Source of the DNA: Narcine bancroftii
Taxonomy: Eukaryota
Direction: 5' to 3'
Assembly (NCBI RefSeq): GCF_036971445.1
Contig: NC_091470.1
Coordinates: 160,766,001-160,830,000, forward strand
DNA length: 64,000 bases
A program made the position numbers and the translations under genes. Shown here piece after piece: positions 36,136 to 48,206 of this stretch (position 1 is its first letter; each line of letters opens with the position of its first letter). The notes under the pieces are model-generated. The model did not search any database and was not told where the DNA came from. It saw only the letters and a program-made list of their open reading frames with translations.

Positions 36136-39100
36136 CAAATTGATTGGGTTACCGCGTGGCAATAGGGCCAGGCTCATCATGATTGGCAAGTGGTTAGCGC
36201 AATGCTATTACAGAACCAACAACCCGGGTTTGAATCCAGTGCTGTCTGTAAGGAGCTTTTGTACGTTCTCCCTGTGTCAGGGTGGATTTATTCTGCGTGC
36301 TCTGGTTTCCTGCCACCATTCAAAACATATGTGGGTTGTAGATTAATTGGGTGTAACTGGGCAGCATGGGCTAGTGGGCTGAAAGTACCAGTATGGTGCT
36401 ATATGTCTAAATTTAAAAATGTAACATTTAAATTTTAACAATTGGGTTTTGGTACCCTCATAACCTGGTTTCACGCACAGCTGGTTGCAGCCACACATTA
36501 ATGTAGTCATCAGGATGAGAGCCTTACCCCGCTGTCAAATTACTTGTACACGGCCACCCCACGGACCTGTTACATCCGAGATCTGCAGATAAACCAAAAG
36601 ATGGCTCAGGTGACCACCATGGCGGAAGCACAGGGGCAAGTACAGCAGGTACCGAGAACACCTCACACCTGATGACCTGTTAATGAGAGGGAGTGCCACT
36701 CCCACACAGCCAATTTCAGCTCAGACTAGCTTTTGTTACGTGCTTCGGCCCCTCCAAACCATATCCTCATTTTACTCTGCGAAAGGCACTGTACAAAGGC
36801 GAGCCTTTCCCACGGGACATCAAAGTCAAGTAACCTGAACCACCAGCACCAATTTTAGAATCAGAGAACACCACAGCACAGAAACAAGCTCTTTGCCACC
36901 TCTCCGTCCATGCCAAACTATTATTCTCCCTAGTCCTGTTGGCCTGCACCCACACCATCGGTGTAGATAAAGGGTTAAGTCTTTCAGACCTGACTTATGC
37001 TGAGGTTTGGGAATCAAGATTCAATATTCCTTTATTGTCATGTAATTAAAAACAATGTAATATTACACAAGTTTGTTTTTGTCTGCCATAACGTGTACAG
37101 ATTTGTCATCGGTAGAAATTGACTGAAACGCCTCTTACAATCAGACAAAGAGATGCAAAAGAGAGTCCCTCAGAGTCATTGAGTGTCCAGAGATTTGCCT
37201 CCAGAGCTGCTGTTGCCTCCGCAGCCGCACAGACTCCAGTTAGATTTCAGATTTGTTGTCAGAGTACATACATGACATCACGTACAACCCTGAGATTCTC
37301 TTTTTCTGTGGTCCAGGCAGAATTACTACTCATTGGTAGTGCAAAATAAACTGTACACAATGTAAACAAATAAAAAAATGTAAACAAACCGACTGTGCAA
37401 TACAGAGAGCAGAAAAATCAATAAAGTCCTTAAATGAGTCCCTGTTTTTTTTTTAAATTGAGTTTGTTGTTGAGGAGTCTAATGGTGGAGGGGGAGCAGC
37501 TGTTCCTGAACCTGGTGGTGCAAGTCTTGAGGCACCTAGACCTCTTTCCTGAGGACAGCAGCGAGAACAGAGCATGTGCTCAATCCTTGATGATTGCTGC
37601 TGCTCTCCGATGGCAGCATTCCCTGTAGATGTTCTCTTTAGTGGGGAAGGTTTTGCCTGTGATGTCCTGGGCTGGGTCCACTACATTCTGGAGACCTCAG
37701 GCCGTGATGCAGCCGGTCAGCACACTTTCTGCCAAAAAATCTGTCGAAACTTGCCAGGATTTCTGGTGTCACACCAAACCTCTACAAACTCCAGTCCAAA
37801 CCATCCGCAGCCTGAGTTCCAAATCCGAACCTCCAACACGATCAGGAAGCCTTCAGCACCCTCTCACATCCCGGTTCAATACCCGGTACCCCTCCGCCAG
37901 TCTCGAGCCAATCTCTAGCTGTCCGCCGCTTGGTGTGAATCCTTCAACCGCAGTAGCCAGCAGCCCGCAGCCTGCACAGGTTCCTTGGCTTGAGTTGCCA
38001 ACAGTCCGCCGCCGGTGTGCTCTTAAGACTCACTTGTCAACGCCATGGTCACATCTGACTTTGAAGAAGGGTGGGGGAGATCCTCCTGGGGTCTGGGGAA
38101 CACCACTAGATAACCTGGTCATTATCACATAACTATTTGTGAGAGGTTGTGTGCCTGAATTGGCTGCCAACCTTCAGACACAACACCAGAGGCTGCACTG
38201 CAGTGGTGAAAAATTGGCTGTTGGCAATGCCCAGGTGCCACATGAATGCAGCTTCTTCCTTGGCTCAATAATCTGATAAATATACTTGCAGTGTTAATAA
38301 ACACTAGCCTGGTGTTAGATAGACCACAGAGAGACAGCTCACTCCTTTAATTACTGCACATGACTCGCACTGCAGTGAACCCTGTTGCAACATCCTGATG
38401 CTAAACAGTTTGCTCCACGCTGGATTCACCAGTTTTTGGCCTTCAAACCACACTCACAATGGCACTTATTAAGTAGGGAGTGAAGAAATAACTTATAAAA
38501 CCATAACATCAAAGTCTTAGTGAGGGGGAGGTGGGGTGTGATGTTCAGGGAACCTCAACAGTGCTCTGTGGAGATGCCAGAATTCAAAGCCTGGGGTTTC
38601 AGGCTTTTGAAATCTGGAGAACGTGAACCAACCCTCATCAAGGGTCAGCAGTCCAGAAGGTCAGAACTTCAGATTCCTGGGTATCAACATTTCTGAGGAT
38701 TTGTCGTGGAGTCCCCACGTCGATGCAATCACAAAGAAGGCCGGCCAGTGGCTATACTTTGTGAGGGGTTTGAGGAGATTCAGATGCCACAGAAAACTCT
38801 CAGAAACTTCTACAGGTGTACCAGGGTGAGCATTCTGGCTGGTTCCCTCACTGCCCTGCAATTAAGGTGTCAATGTTCAGGACAAGAAAAAAACTCCAGA
38901 GGGTTGTTAACTTGGCCTGCGACATCATGGGCATCAGACTTCACTCTATCGAGGACAGCTACATGAGGCGGTGTCTTAAGAAAGCAGCCTCTATCCTCAA
39001 AGACCCCCACCACCCAGGCCATGCCCTCTTCACTCTGCTACCATTGGGAAAAAGATACAGGAGCCTGAATATGAGCCCTCAGCGGCACAAGGACGGCTTC

Positions 39101-40540
39101 TTCCTCTCTGCCTTCAAATTCCTGAATGAACAATGAACCACAGTCACTGCCTGACTTTGCCTTTTTCTGTTCTTGAACTATTTTTATTTATTTTGTAAGT
39201 GGTTTATATAAATGTTTGCACCGTGATGCTACTGCAAAACAACAAATTTTGTGAAGCTCCTGACAATAAATGATGATTCCAATTCTTACAAACCAGGAGC
39301 CGAAAGAGGTTCTTCAGCCTTGTCCTGCCACTTACCAAGGTCAGGAAGGACCATGATGCACATGTCCATCCCTTGCATCACCTCCTCACCCCAGCTCTGG
39401 GCCTCTCCGCTGTCATTGCGGAGCACGCCAGGCTATCAGTAAGCTGCTCTCTCAGAACTCCTAAGCAACATGCCAACACCCTCATGTCTTCATATTTCTT
39501 TTCATTATTTTCTCTCTTGGCACCCTACCCTTCAATACCTCTGACACCAACCATGGTCCACCAAGTTCTCTGTGCGCCTCTTCCTTTGATTTAAATGGCT
39601 CTGATATCCTCAGCTGCCAAGGTCACAACGCCTGGAATCTTGTCTGAAATCTCTCTGCTTCTCCCCCTTCCATATAACCATATAACAATTAGAGTACGGA
39701 AACAGGTCACATCGGCCCTTCTAGTCTGCACTAATTTAAGTGAAACTCCACTCATTCCACCTACTTGCTTTCTGCCCGTAATCAACCCCCTCACATCCAT
39801 GTACTCATCCAATCTCCTCTTAAATGACAGAATTGACCCTGCTGCAACTACTTCTTCCGAAAGGTCATTCCATTCAGGTGGGACTGTCTGCAATTAACCC
39901 TTTGCTCCTCTATCCAGTACATCCTTATATACTAAATTTCAGGATGGCCGTAATTACGCTCAATGTTACATTCTCCTCTGCTTAAGGTGCTGTATAAAAG
40001 CAAGCTGTTGCTAAGGAACATCCAGGTGACGTTTTGGTTCTTTATTTGCTGGGTATTCAGGTACAATCAGACTGCCACCCATGTATTGTGACAGGTTCTC
40101 CTCTCCCCAGGCACGAAGAGGATGTTTCCTTAATTAAAAGCTGCACTATCTTTTGTATAATGTTTTAAAGATTAATTATATTATTAGAGATTACTTGCAA
40201 TTGAACCTGGGGAGGAATATTCCTGGATCCTTGGAGACATCTGAAAGCACCGTGGAAATTTATCTTCAGTGATGGCTGATCTGGAAAAAGGTCTTCATGA
40301 TAGGCAGGGGAAAGAATAACAATCACGTCTGAAGGAAAGGTGGTTAAAGAGAGGAGGTAGAAGAGACAGGGAGGGTTGGCAGTGGGAATGAGGAAGGAGG
40401 TGGAGAATGTGAGGAAATGGTTAAAGGTTCCATTATTTTCATGTAATTCTACATTTAGAATGTAACATACATGAAATTCTTTAACTTTTGTCTTTGTAAG
40501 GCAGACGGAGAGTCGCCACTTTCCCCAGCACTCCTCACAG

Positions 40541-40675
40541 AAACGTACAGCACCTGGTGCTCTAGTGCATCTTTCCCTTCCTTCCTGCCCCTCCCCTCCA
40601 AGTACTGTCCAGTCCTGAGCCTGCTTAGCTTCTGAGATCAGACAATCCCAGGCATATTCAAAGAGGTCAAGGCTG
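40541..40675 (-). pseudogene. 5S rRNA pseudogene
   Basis: The plus strand matches the reverse complement of 5S: TACAGCACCTGGT...TCCAAGTACT..CCTGAGCCTGCTTAGCTTCTGAGATCAGAC..GGCATATTCA. An internal segment is replaced. Confidence 0.8.
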
Positions 40676-41194
40676 GGGAAAGAAGGCGTGGTGGGAAGGA
40701 AGCGAAGGCAAGAGAGATGGCAGGGAGAGGAGATGATTAGGGAAGAGGAGTTAGGAAGCAAAGTGAAAGGGGTGGTGGACAGGAGCAGAGGAGGAAAAGG
40801 AGAGTGAGAAAAGGGTAGCAGATGGGAGGGGAAGGAGAGCAGAATGACTGGATGTGCAGTGAGTTTGTGAAGACTGGGGGAGGAACCAGATGGTTAGAAG
40901 GTGGGGGGGGAAGAGTGGAGGTAGGAAAGGAGAAAGTGAAGGGGGGGAATAAAAGGAATTAGAAGCCGGGGAAAGGATGTTGGGATGCAGAATGGGAGGG
41001 GGAAGGCCAAAAAGGAATAAAGGGATAGCTTGAGGAAAGGGGAGGAGAGTGGAGGGGCAGGAAGGAAGGGGAAAGATGCACTAGAAAGCAGAGGGGAGAG
41101 TAGAATGGACAGGCAGGGATGAGGGAGATTGCAAGGCTGGCTGAGTAAGCGGAATCCATAGGGCAAATGAGATGAATAGGGTTTGGGATTGTCT

Positions 41195-41685
41195 GAGTGC
41201 TACTGGCACGACGTAACCCAGCACAACCTTGTTGGGTGGTCGGCGACTAAACCTGCTCCCCCACCAGGCTTGCTTGGTGTGGAGGGTGGCTAAGACTCCC
41301 TGCAGGATGAAAAGCGAGACCTGTCAAAGGGCGGACAAACCCTCTCGTAGGATCAACGGCCGTCTAGCAAACACGCGCCGTGAAACACGGAAAGGGCATC
41401 CCTTGTATCAAAGCTTGGTCTGACCATTCCCTGCAACAGGACTTCGCCCAGCCTTCTTCGACCTCACCATACCGCTGGACCCGAGAGGGGACGTCGAGAG
41501 GGTGGGTCTCCCTACTCACCTAAAATCAGGGCAAGCTGCTTCTTTCTGATGTGAGGCCACAGAGTAAAGGCCCAACAGAGCTTCTGCCCCCAGGCCTCAC
41601 CTGCCAAGCAGTGCCTGTCAAGGATCACTCCAGGACACCCAAATCAGACCCCACAAACTGACTGAAAGGGATGGGCAGCCAGAAG
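41195..41685 (+). mobile_element. Probable RTE-related non-autonomous retroposon (CpG-rich)
   Basis: CpG-rich block ending GGGATGGGCAGCCAGAAG, reminiscent of RTE termini. Family assignment tentative. Confidence 0.35.
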
Positions 41686-42570
41686 GGGTAGAAGGAGAGG
41701 TGTTGGAAGGAAGAAATAATGGTTAGGTGGAGGGGTAGAAGGAGAGGCGCTGGAAGGAAGAAATAATGGTTGGGTGGAGGGGTAGAAGGAGAGGCGTTGG
41801 AAGGAAGAAATAATGGTTGGGTGGAGGGGGAGAAGGAGAGGCGTTGGAAGGAAGAAATAATGGTTGGGTGGAGGGGGAGAAGGAGAGGCGTTGGAAGGAA
41901 GAAATAATGGTTGGGTGGAGGGGGAGGAGAGGTGTTGGAAGGAAGAAATAATGGTTGGGTGGAGGGGGAGAAGGAGAGGTGTTGGAAGGAAGAAATAATG
42001 GTTGGGTGGAGGGGGAGAAGGAGAGCTGTTGGAAGGAAGAAATAATGGTTGGGTGGAGGGGGAGAAGGAGAGGTGTTGGAAGGAAGAAATAACGGTTGGG
42101 TGGAGGGGAGAAGGAGAGGTGTTGGAAGGAAGAAATAATGGTTGGGTGGAGGGGGAGAAGGAGAGGTGCTGGAAGGAAGAAATAATGGTTAGGTGGAGGG
42201 GTAGAAGGAGGTGTTGGAAGGAAGAAATAATGGTTGGGTGGCGGGGAGAAGGAGAGGTGTTGGAAGGAAGAAATAATGGTTGGGTGGAGGGGGAGAAGGA
42301 GAGGTGTTGGAAGGAAGAAATAATGGTTGGGTGGAGGGGGAGAAGGAGAGGTGTTGGAAGGAAGAAATAATGGTTGGGTGGAAGGGGAGAAGGAGAGGTG
42401 TTGGAAGGAAGAAATAATGGTGGGGTGGAGGGGAGAAGGAGAGGTGTTGGAAGGAAGAAATAATGGTTGGGTGGAGGGGGAGAAGGAGAGGTGTTGGAAG
42501 GAAGAAATAACGGTTGGGTGGAGGGGGAAGAAGGAGAGGTGTTGGAAGGAAGAAATAATGGTTGGGTGGG
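41685..42570. repeat. 47-bp purine-rich minisatellite, about 19 copies
   Basis: Unit GGAGGGGGAGAAGGAGAGGTGTTGGAAGGAAGAAATAATGGTTGGGT, highly homogeneous. Confidence 0.95.
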
Positions 42571-42616
42571 GGTTAGCGGAGCTCGGTTAGGAGGAGGGGA
42601 AGCAGCTGATAGAGCC

Positions 42617-42737
42617 GGGGCGGAGGTTGGCGTGTTGCCGCTGGCTCCAGGGGGTGTGGGCTAAGGTTCGCCTTCGCACAGTAGTACCTCCCGACACTTC
42701 AACTCGTCAATCAGGATTAATGGACTGCTGTATAAAA
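42617..42737 (+). promoter_or_regulatory. Putative DHRS3 core promoter
   Basis: GC box GGGGCGGAGG at 42617-42626 and TATAAAA at 42731-42737, in CpG-rich sequence about 310 bp before the ATG. Confidence 0.55.
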
Positions 42738-43049
42738 ACTCATTGCGCCCTTCCGAACACACACAAATGCTTCCAGTTCCTTTATTTATGTGTATTTTCC
42801 CTCCTCCTGTCGGGCTTGGAACCATTAACCTCTGCGTGATCCCAGACAACAGCAAAAAGAAGAAACAAACTAAAATCATGGGGTTCAAAACCGGCAGAAA
42901 TGGACTGATCGGTGAAATTGACGCGCCCGGAAACGTTTAAAAAGTGATTTTTTTTAAAAAGTCAAACTTTTTCTGGGGGGGGTGGGGGGAGAAACTTTGT
43001 GGCCGCCGAGGAACGGGTGCAGTTCCATTTTGTGTTGTTTGGGATGAGA

Positions 43050-43244
43050 ATGCAGTGGAGGAACGTGGCTTCGTTCTTCTTGGTCCCGCTGCAGATCACT
43101 TATCTGATGCTGCGGACCGTGGTGTCGCTGCTGCTCCCGAGCAGACCGAAGGGATTGAGCCGGGACACGGTGCTCATCACCGGCGGAGGCCGGGGCATTG
43201 GCCGCCACCTGGCTGTGGAGTTCGCGAAGCAAGGGGCCAGGAAG
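43050..43244 (+). CDS. DHRS3: DHRS3 (retSDR1) exon 1
   Basis: MQWRNVASFFLVPLQ..VLITGGGRGIGRHLAVEFAKQGARK, then a GTGAGT donor. Rossmann TGxxxGxG motif; 195 nt. An alternative in-frame ATG lies at 43044. Confidence 0.95.
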
Positions 43245-43264
43245 GTGAGTCTGAATTTAAAGCG

Positions 43265-44770
43265 TCTGTCTCTCTGTGTTTCTGTGTCTATCTCTGTGTG
43301 TCTGTCTCTGTCTCTGTGTGTGTCTCTGTGTCTATCTCTGTGTGTTTGTCTCTGTCTCTGTGTGTGTGTCTCTATNNNNNNNNNNNNNNNNNNNNNNNNN
43401 NNNNNNNNNNNNNNNNNNNNNNNNNNNNNNNNNNNNNNNNNNNNNNNNNNNNNNNNNNNNNNNNNNNNNNNNNNNNNNNNNNNNNNNNNNNNNNNNNNNN
43501 NNNNNNNNNNNNNNNNNNNNNNNNNNNNNNNNNNNNTCTATCTCTGTGTGTCTGTNNNNNNNNNNNNNNNNNNNNNNNNNNNNNNNNNNNNNNNNNNNNN
43601 NNNNNNNNNNNNNNNNNNNNNNNNNNNNNNNNNNNNNNNNNNNNNNNNNNNNNNNNNNNNNNNNNNNNNNNNNNNNNNNNNNNNNNNNNNNNNNNNNNNN
43701 NNNNNNNNNNNNNNNNNNNNNNNNNNNNNNNNNNNNNNNNNNNNNNNNNNNNNNNNNNNNNNNNNNNNNNNNNNNNNNNNNNNNNNNNNNNNNNNNNNNN
43801 NNNNNNNNNNNNNNNNNNNNNNNNNNNNNNNNNNNNNNNNNNNNNNNNNNNNNNNNNNNNNNNNNNNNNNNNNNNNNNNNNNNNNNNNNNNNNNNNNNNN
43901 NNNNNNNNNNNNNNNNNNNNNNNNNNNNNNNNNNNNNNNNNNNNNNNNNNNNNNNNNNNNNNNNNNNNNNNNNNNNNNNNNNNNNNNNNNNNNNNNNNNN
44001 NNNNNNNNNNNNNNNNNNNNTCTATCTCTGTGTGTCTGTNNNNNNNNNNNNNNNNNNNNNNNNNNNNNNNNNNNNNNNNNNNNNNNNNNNNNNNNNNNNN
44101 NNNNNNNNNNNNNNNNNNNNNNNNNNNNNNNNNNNNNNNNNNNNNNNNNNNNNNNNNNNNNNNNNNNNNNNNNNNNNNNNNNNNNNNNNNNNNNNNNNNN
44201 NNNNNNNNNNNNNNNNNNNNNNNNNNNNNNNNNNNNNNNNNNNNNNNNNNNNNNNNNNNNNNNNNNNNNNNNNNNNNNNNNNNNNNNNNNNNNNNNNNNN
44301 NNNNNNNNNNNNNNNNNNNNNNNNNNNNNNNNNNNNNNNNNNNNNNNNNNNNNNNNNNNNNNNNNNNNNNNNNNNNNNNNNNNNNNNNNNNNNNNNNNNN
44401 NNNNNNNNNNNNNNNNNNNNNNNNNNNNNNNNNNNNNNNNNNNNNNNNNNNNNNNNNNNNNNNNNNNNNNNNNNNNNNNNNNNNNNNNNNNNNNNNNNNN
44501 NNNNNNNNNNNNNNNNNNNNNNNNNNNNNNNNNNNNNNNNNNNNNNNNNNNNNNNNNNNNNNNNNNNNNNNNNNNNNNNNNNNNNNNNNNNNNNNNNNNN
44601 NNNNNNNNNNNNNNNNNNNNNNNNNNNNNNNNNNNNNNNNNNNNNNNNNNNNNNNNNNNNNNNNNNNNNNNNNNNNNNNNNNNNNNNNNNNNNNNNNNNN
44701 NNNNNNNNNNNNNNNNNNNNNNNNNNNNNNNNNNNNNNNNNNNNNNNNNNNNNNNNNNNNNNNNNNNNNN
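43265..44770. repeat. CT/GT low-complexity repeat running into an assembly gap (N runs 43376-44770)
   Basis: TCTATCTCTGTGTG-type units border and interrupt the N runs. Confidence 0.9.
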
Positions 44771-47700
44771 ACAAACATCGTTCGAACCAGAGGGGAATTG
44801 CTTTGCATTTAACATTCTGCCCAGTTCAGCCTTGCATAATCTGCATTTGTTCCAACATAGCCCTTTATTTTGAATGCAGGAGACTGCCCACACTGGGTCT
44901 GGTGTTTCCAATGTGTGGAAAAATACACCGAAATGCTGGAAGGACTCGAGTCAGTCTCACAGACCTGCAGCGAGAGGTTTCAGACTGTGTTTTAAACGTG
45001 GGGCATTTCTGGTTTTGGGGCTGAATCTTCAGTCATTGGGCGCTTGTAATTTGGTCTCGCTGGTGTCAACCCTGCTTGGAGATCACTGGCGTCCCGCTTT
45101 CATGGCGTGAGTGCATGATGTGCGAAGGGGAATATAGGAGCGAGTGACAACTCCCTCCACATGCCGAGCCCAGGTTGGCTTTTAAACGGGACGCAGTTAA
45201 TTCTCTCCCTCCCACCTCCCCAGACGCATCGGCTTAATCCTGTGTGATCATTTGAAACACGTTCCGCCCTGTGACCCTTACAGGAACCAGCACGCTGGTG
45301 CATTTGCTGTGGCTCAGGGGCAAGCTGGCTGGCAACACCGGGTTGTCCAGGATCTCTCTGGGTGGGTGGGTCGGGGGGCTTTCCTCGCAGAGTCCAAATG
45401 GGGCGAGTGTGTGCAGCCCCTCGCTGCCTTGCCCGACGTGCAGGGGAGCGCTTTCAGGTTGAAACTCTGCGAAATCTCCCGAGGCAACTCCTGTCCTCAC
45501 TTGGCCCATGAGCTGAACTGCCTTTTAACTCCAGTTATGGCTCGAAATTGCAATTCAAAAACCAATCGAGCAAGAAAACCAGAGGAAGTGAGATGGTGTG
45601 TCTGTGGCTTGTTTTCCATTCAGAACCCCAATGGCAGAAGTGGAGCAAGGTGCTCATCTTCAGGCTCCTGGACCTCCTTTCTGATGGTTTCAGTGCAAAG
45701 AGAGCATGGCCTGGGTGGTGGGGGTCCTTGAGGATAGAACTCGTGGAGGGAGTTATCCTGCTTGATTCCGCAAGGCTTCCAATTCAAGTTTTTAAAAAAA
45801 AATCGATCAAAGTACTTGTTCAGAGATATTTCCATCAACCTTTTGTCTTAAGACACCCCCCCCCCCCCCCACAAAGAGCTGGTTTTAAGGTTAAACCACA
45901 GTTTCCAAGTACCAGCATCTGAATGTTATCAGTTCCATTTGCCATGTTGTATAATTAACATGGATAAGCTGGGCTGAAGGGGCTGTCCCATGCAATATGG
46001 CTACAACATGCTCTAATATGGCAGGTAACTTCTGTTATGTTATTTTTTTTTGGGGGGGGGTGATGAGGCTTAAGAACTATGTTCTAAATTGCACTTTAAA
46101 AAAAACTTAATGGTAAAGCTGCATTGTGAGTGTTCCTGAGTGAACTTTATTGCTAAAAACATGCAAAGCCACTTGGCATTGTCCCAGTCCATGAATTCTC
46201 CATTGAGTTTTTGCATTTCTTCAGCTCATTGTCTCATGGAGCTATCGGATTCCCGTTGCCGCTGTTTTAATTCCCTGTGACATGTTTCTTCCGCTTTCTT
46301 CTTTTGGGAAGAAACCAATGCAGCCAGGAAGAAGGTCCCAGAGAATGAGCAGACTCCACACGGACAGCACCAGGGGCTAGGACTGACCACTGCTCCCTGG
46401 AGCTCAGGCAACAACACCAGCAAGTGCATTCTGTACAGATCATGAGGTCCTTGCAAGGAAAAGACTAATTTCACCCACAAAGTCTGATGCAATTCCAAAC
46501 TTTGTATTGAAATCAATTTGGTTAGTTTTATGAAATAACGTGCATGCAGAGGCATACTGGCGTCTGAGCAGAGTGTTCATAATTTCAATGAATCATCAGG
46601 TTATTTTCCTGGAGTTCTGCAGTCTAGTTGAGAGGAACTTTTCAAAATGTCATTTGCATCATGTGCAGCTGCTTAAATTACCACATTGTCTAAAGCCTTC
46701 ACTGGGTGGTGCCACCCCTGGTCTAACCCAATGCTTCTTTGGGGCGGGGGTGGGGGAGGAGCGAGGAGGGATGACCTGGACTTGAATTTCTGCGGCTTGG
46801 CTCCTTTTTTAGCACTTGCTCGGGGTGGGGGTAGTGCCAGTGTTGGTAGAGAATCTGGATATTGTTCTTCTGATGCCTTCCCATCTGGAATGGTTTTTCA
46901 ACGCATCTGTGGGACTTGAATCTACTGTTGGTGGGAATGCAGAGGATAGAGCATTCTGAGCAATTCCGTCACCAGCTAGTTTGGAAGCTGTACTGCCTCA
47001 GACCGTAAAACCCTGCAGAGGATAGTGAAGTCAGCAGAAAGGATTATTGGGGGGGGTGGGGGGGGGGGCTCTTCCTACCATGACTGACTCTGCAATACAT
47101 GATATATACCAAAAGCAATAAACATTGTGAAGGACTTCACACACCCGTTGTAAATATTTCTCTCTTTTACCATCTGGTAGGAGGTCCATAGCACAAAGCC
47201 CTGCCGTCCAGATTGAGCAACAGTTTATTTTCCCCAACCGCCCCACCCCAAGCCATCAGGCTCCTGATTCCCCACAATATGTGGATAATGTACTGTGGAC
47301 TTTTACTGTACATGTCTTAATATTTTTAACTTCTATTTTAACTTGTATTTATGTAAATCTACTCTGTGGTCTGGAAAAATGCTATCTCATGTTTACCAAG
47401 CAATACATGTCATGAATGACAAATAAAGGTGTCTTGACTTGAATTGAGGGAACTGTGGGGAAAATGTCTAATGAGGATGCGACTGCTTCTTCCTTGGAAC
47501 AGTGTTGCAAGGTGCATTCATGAAATTCATCCTCTTCCCCCTTGTATTGCCAAGGTAGAAGCAGTCACAGTGGGGAATCCAGTGGTGACAGCATCTCACA
47601 CTGTCATATTCTCCCCTTTGTAGGTAGGCTCCCACAATACTGCTGTAAACAAGCTTACTTGTTTATACTGAACCAAACAACACTGACATAAGTGTGTCAC

Positions 47701-47777
47701 TTTACACAGCAAGCCAACATTCTGGGAGCAACATTCAGAACATGTAACAGTGGTGTCAGTGTCTAGTGTGACATATA

Positions 47778-48206
47778 CTGTATTTGACAACATATAAGAC
47801 CCAATATTTTCCCCCAAAAATCCCTGGGTCTTGTATGCGGTTGGAATTAGAGTGATAATGGTGAGTAGTGCCAAGAGTGGTCATTGTCATTGCCTAGCTC
47901 ACTAGCTATCTATCGTTGGGGGCTGGTGGTGGGCTGTTGGGAGACTCTTCTGGCAGTCTGCTGTCAGTCCCTGCACTGGTCTCACCACCCTCCTCCCTTC
48001 TGGGAAAGAAAGAGAAAGGTAGTGGGACCAGTGCAGGGACTGACAGCAGGACACTGGGAGAGAACAGGACCAGTGTGGCAATTGGTTTTTATAAATGTTT
48101 TCTGCATTTGTTTTCTCTTGTAAATTTACAGCAGTATTATTAAAAAGATTTTTCATGTTGTCCTAGTTGCATGTTTTGTCCAAGTTTTAAATGCCGTCAA
48201 ATACGG
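47778..48206. mobile_element. Tc2/pogo-like MITE
   Basis: TA|CTGTATTTGACAACAT ... ATGCCGTCAAATACGG|TA terminal inverted repeats with TA duplications. Confidence 0.65.

Noticed and set aside
36440-36760. CTGATGA motifs suggesting a hammerhead ribozyme or further R2 sequence
   Set aside because: No properly placed stem II-GAAA and no convincing protein motif.
41685-42570. CRISPR-like array
   Set aside because: Tandem repeats without unique spacers, no cas genes, and a vertebrate context.
42002-42664. Repetitive Gly/Glu/Trp-rich ORFs
   Set aside because: Translations of the 47-bp minisatellite.
43245-45024. Very long ORFs of 250-624 aa
   Set aside because: Artefacts of N runs; only 43050-43244 is coding.
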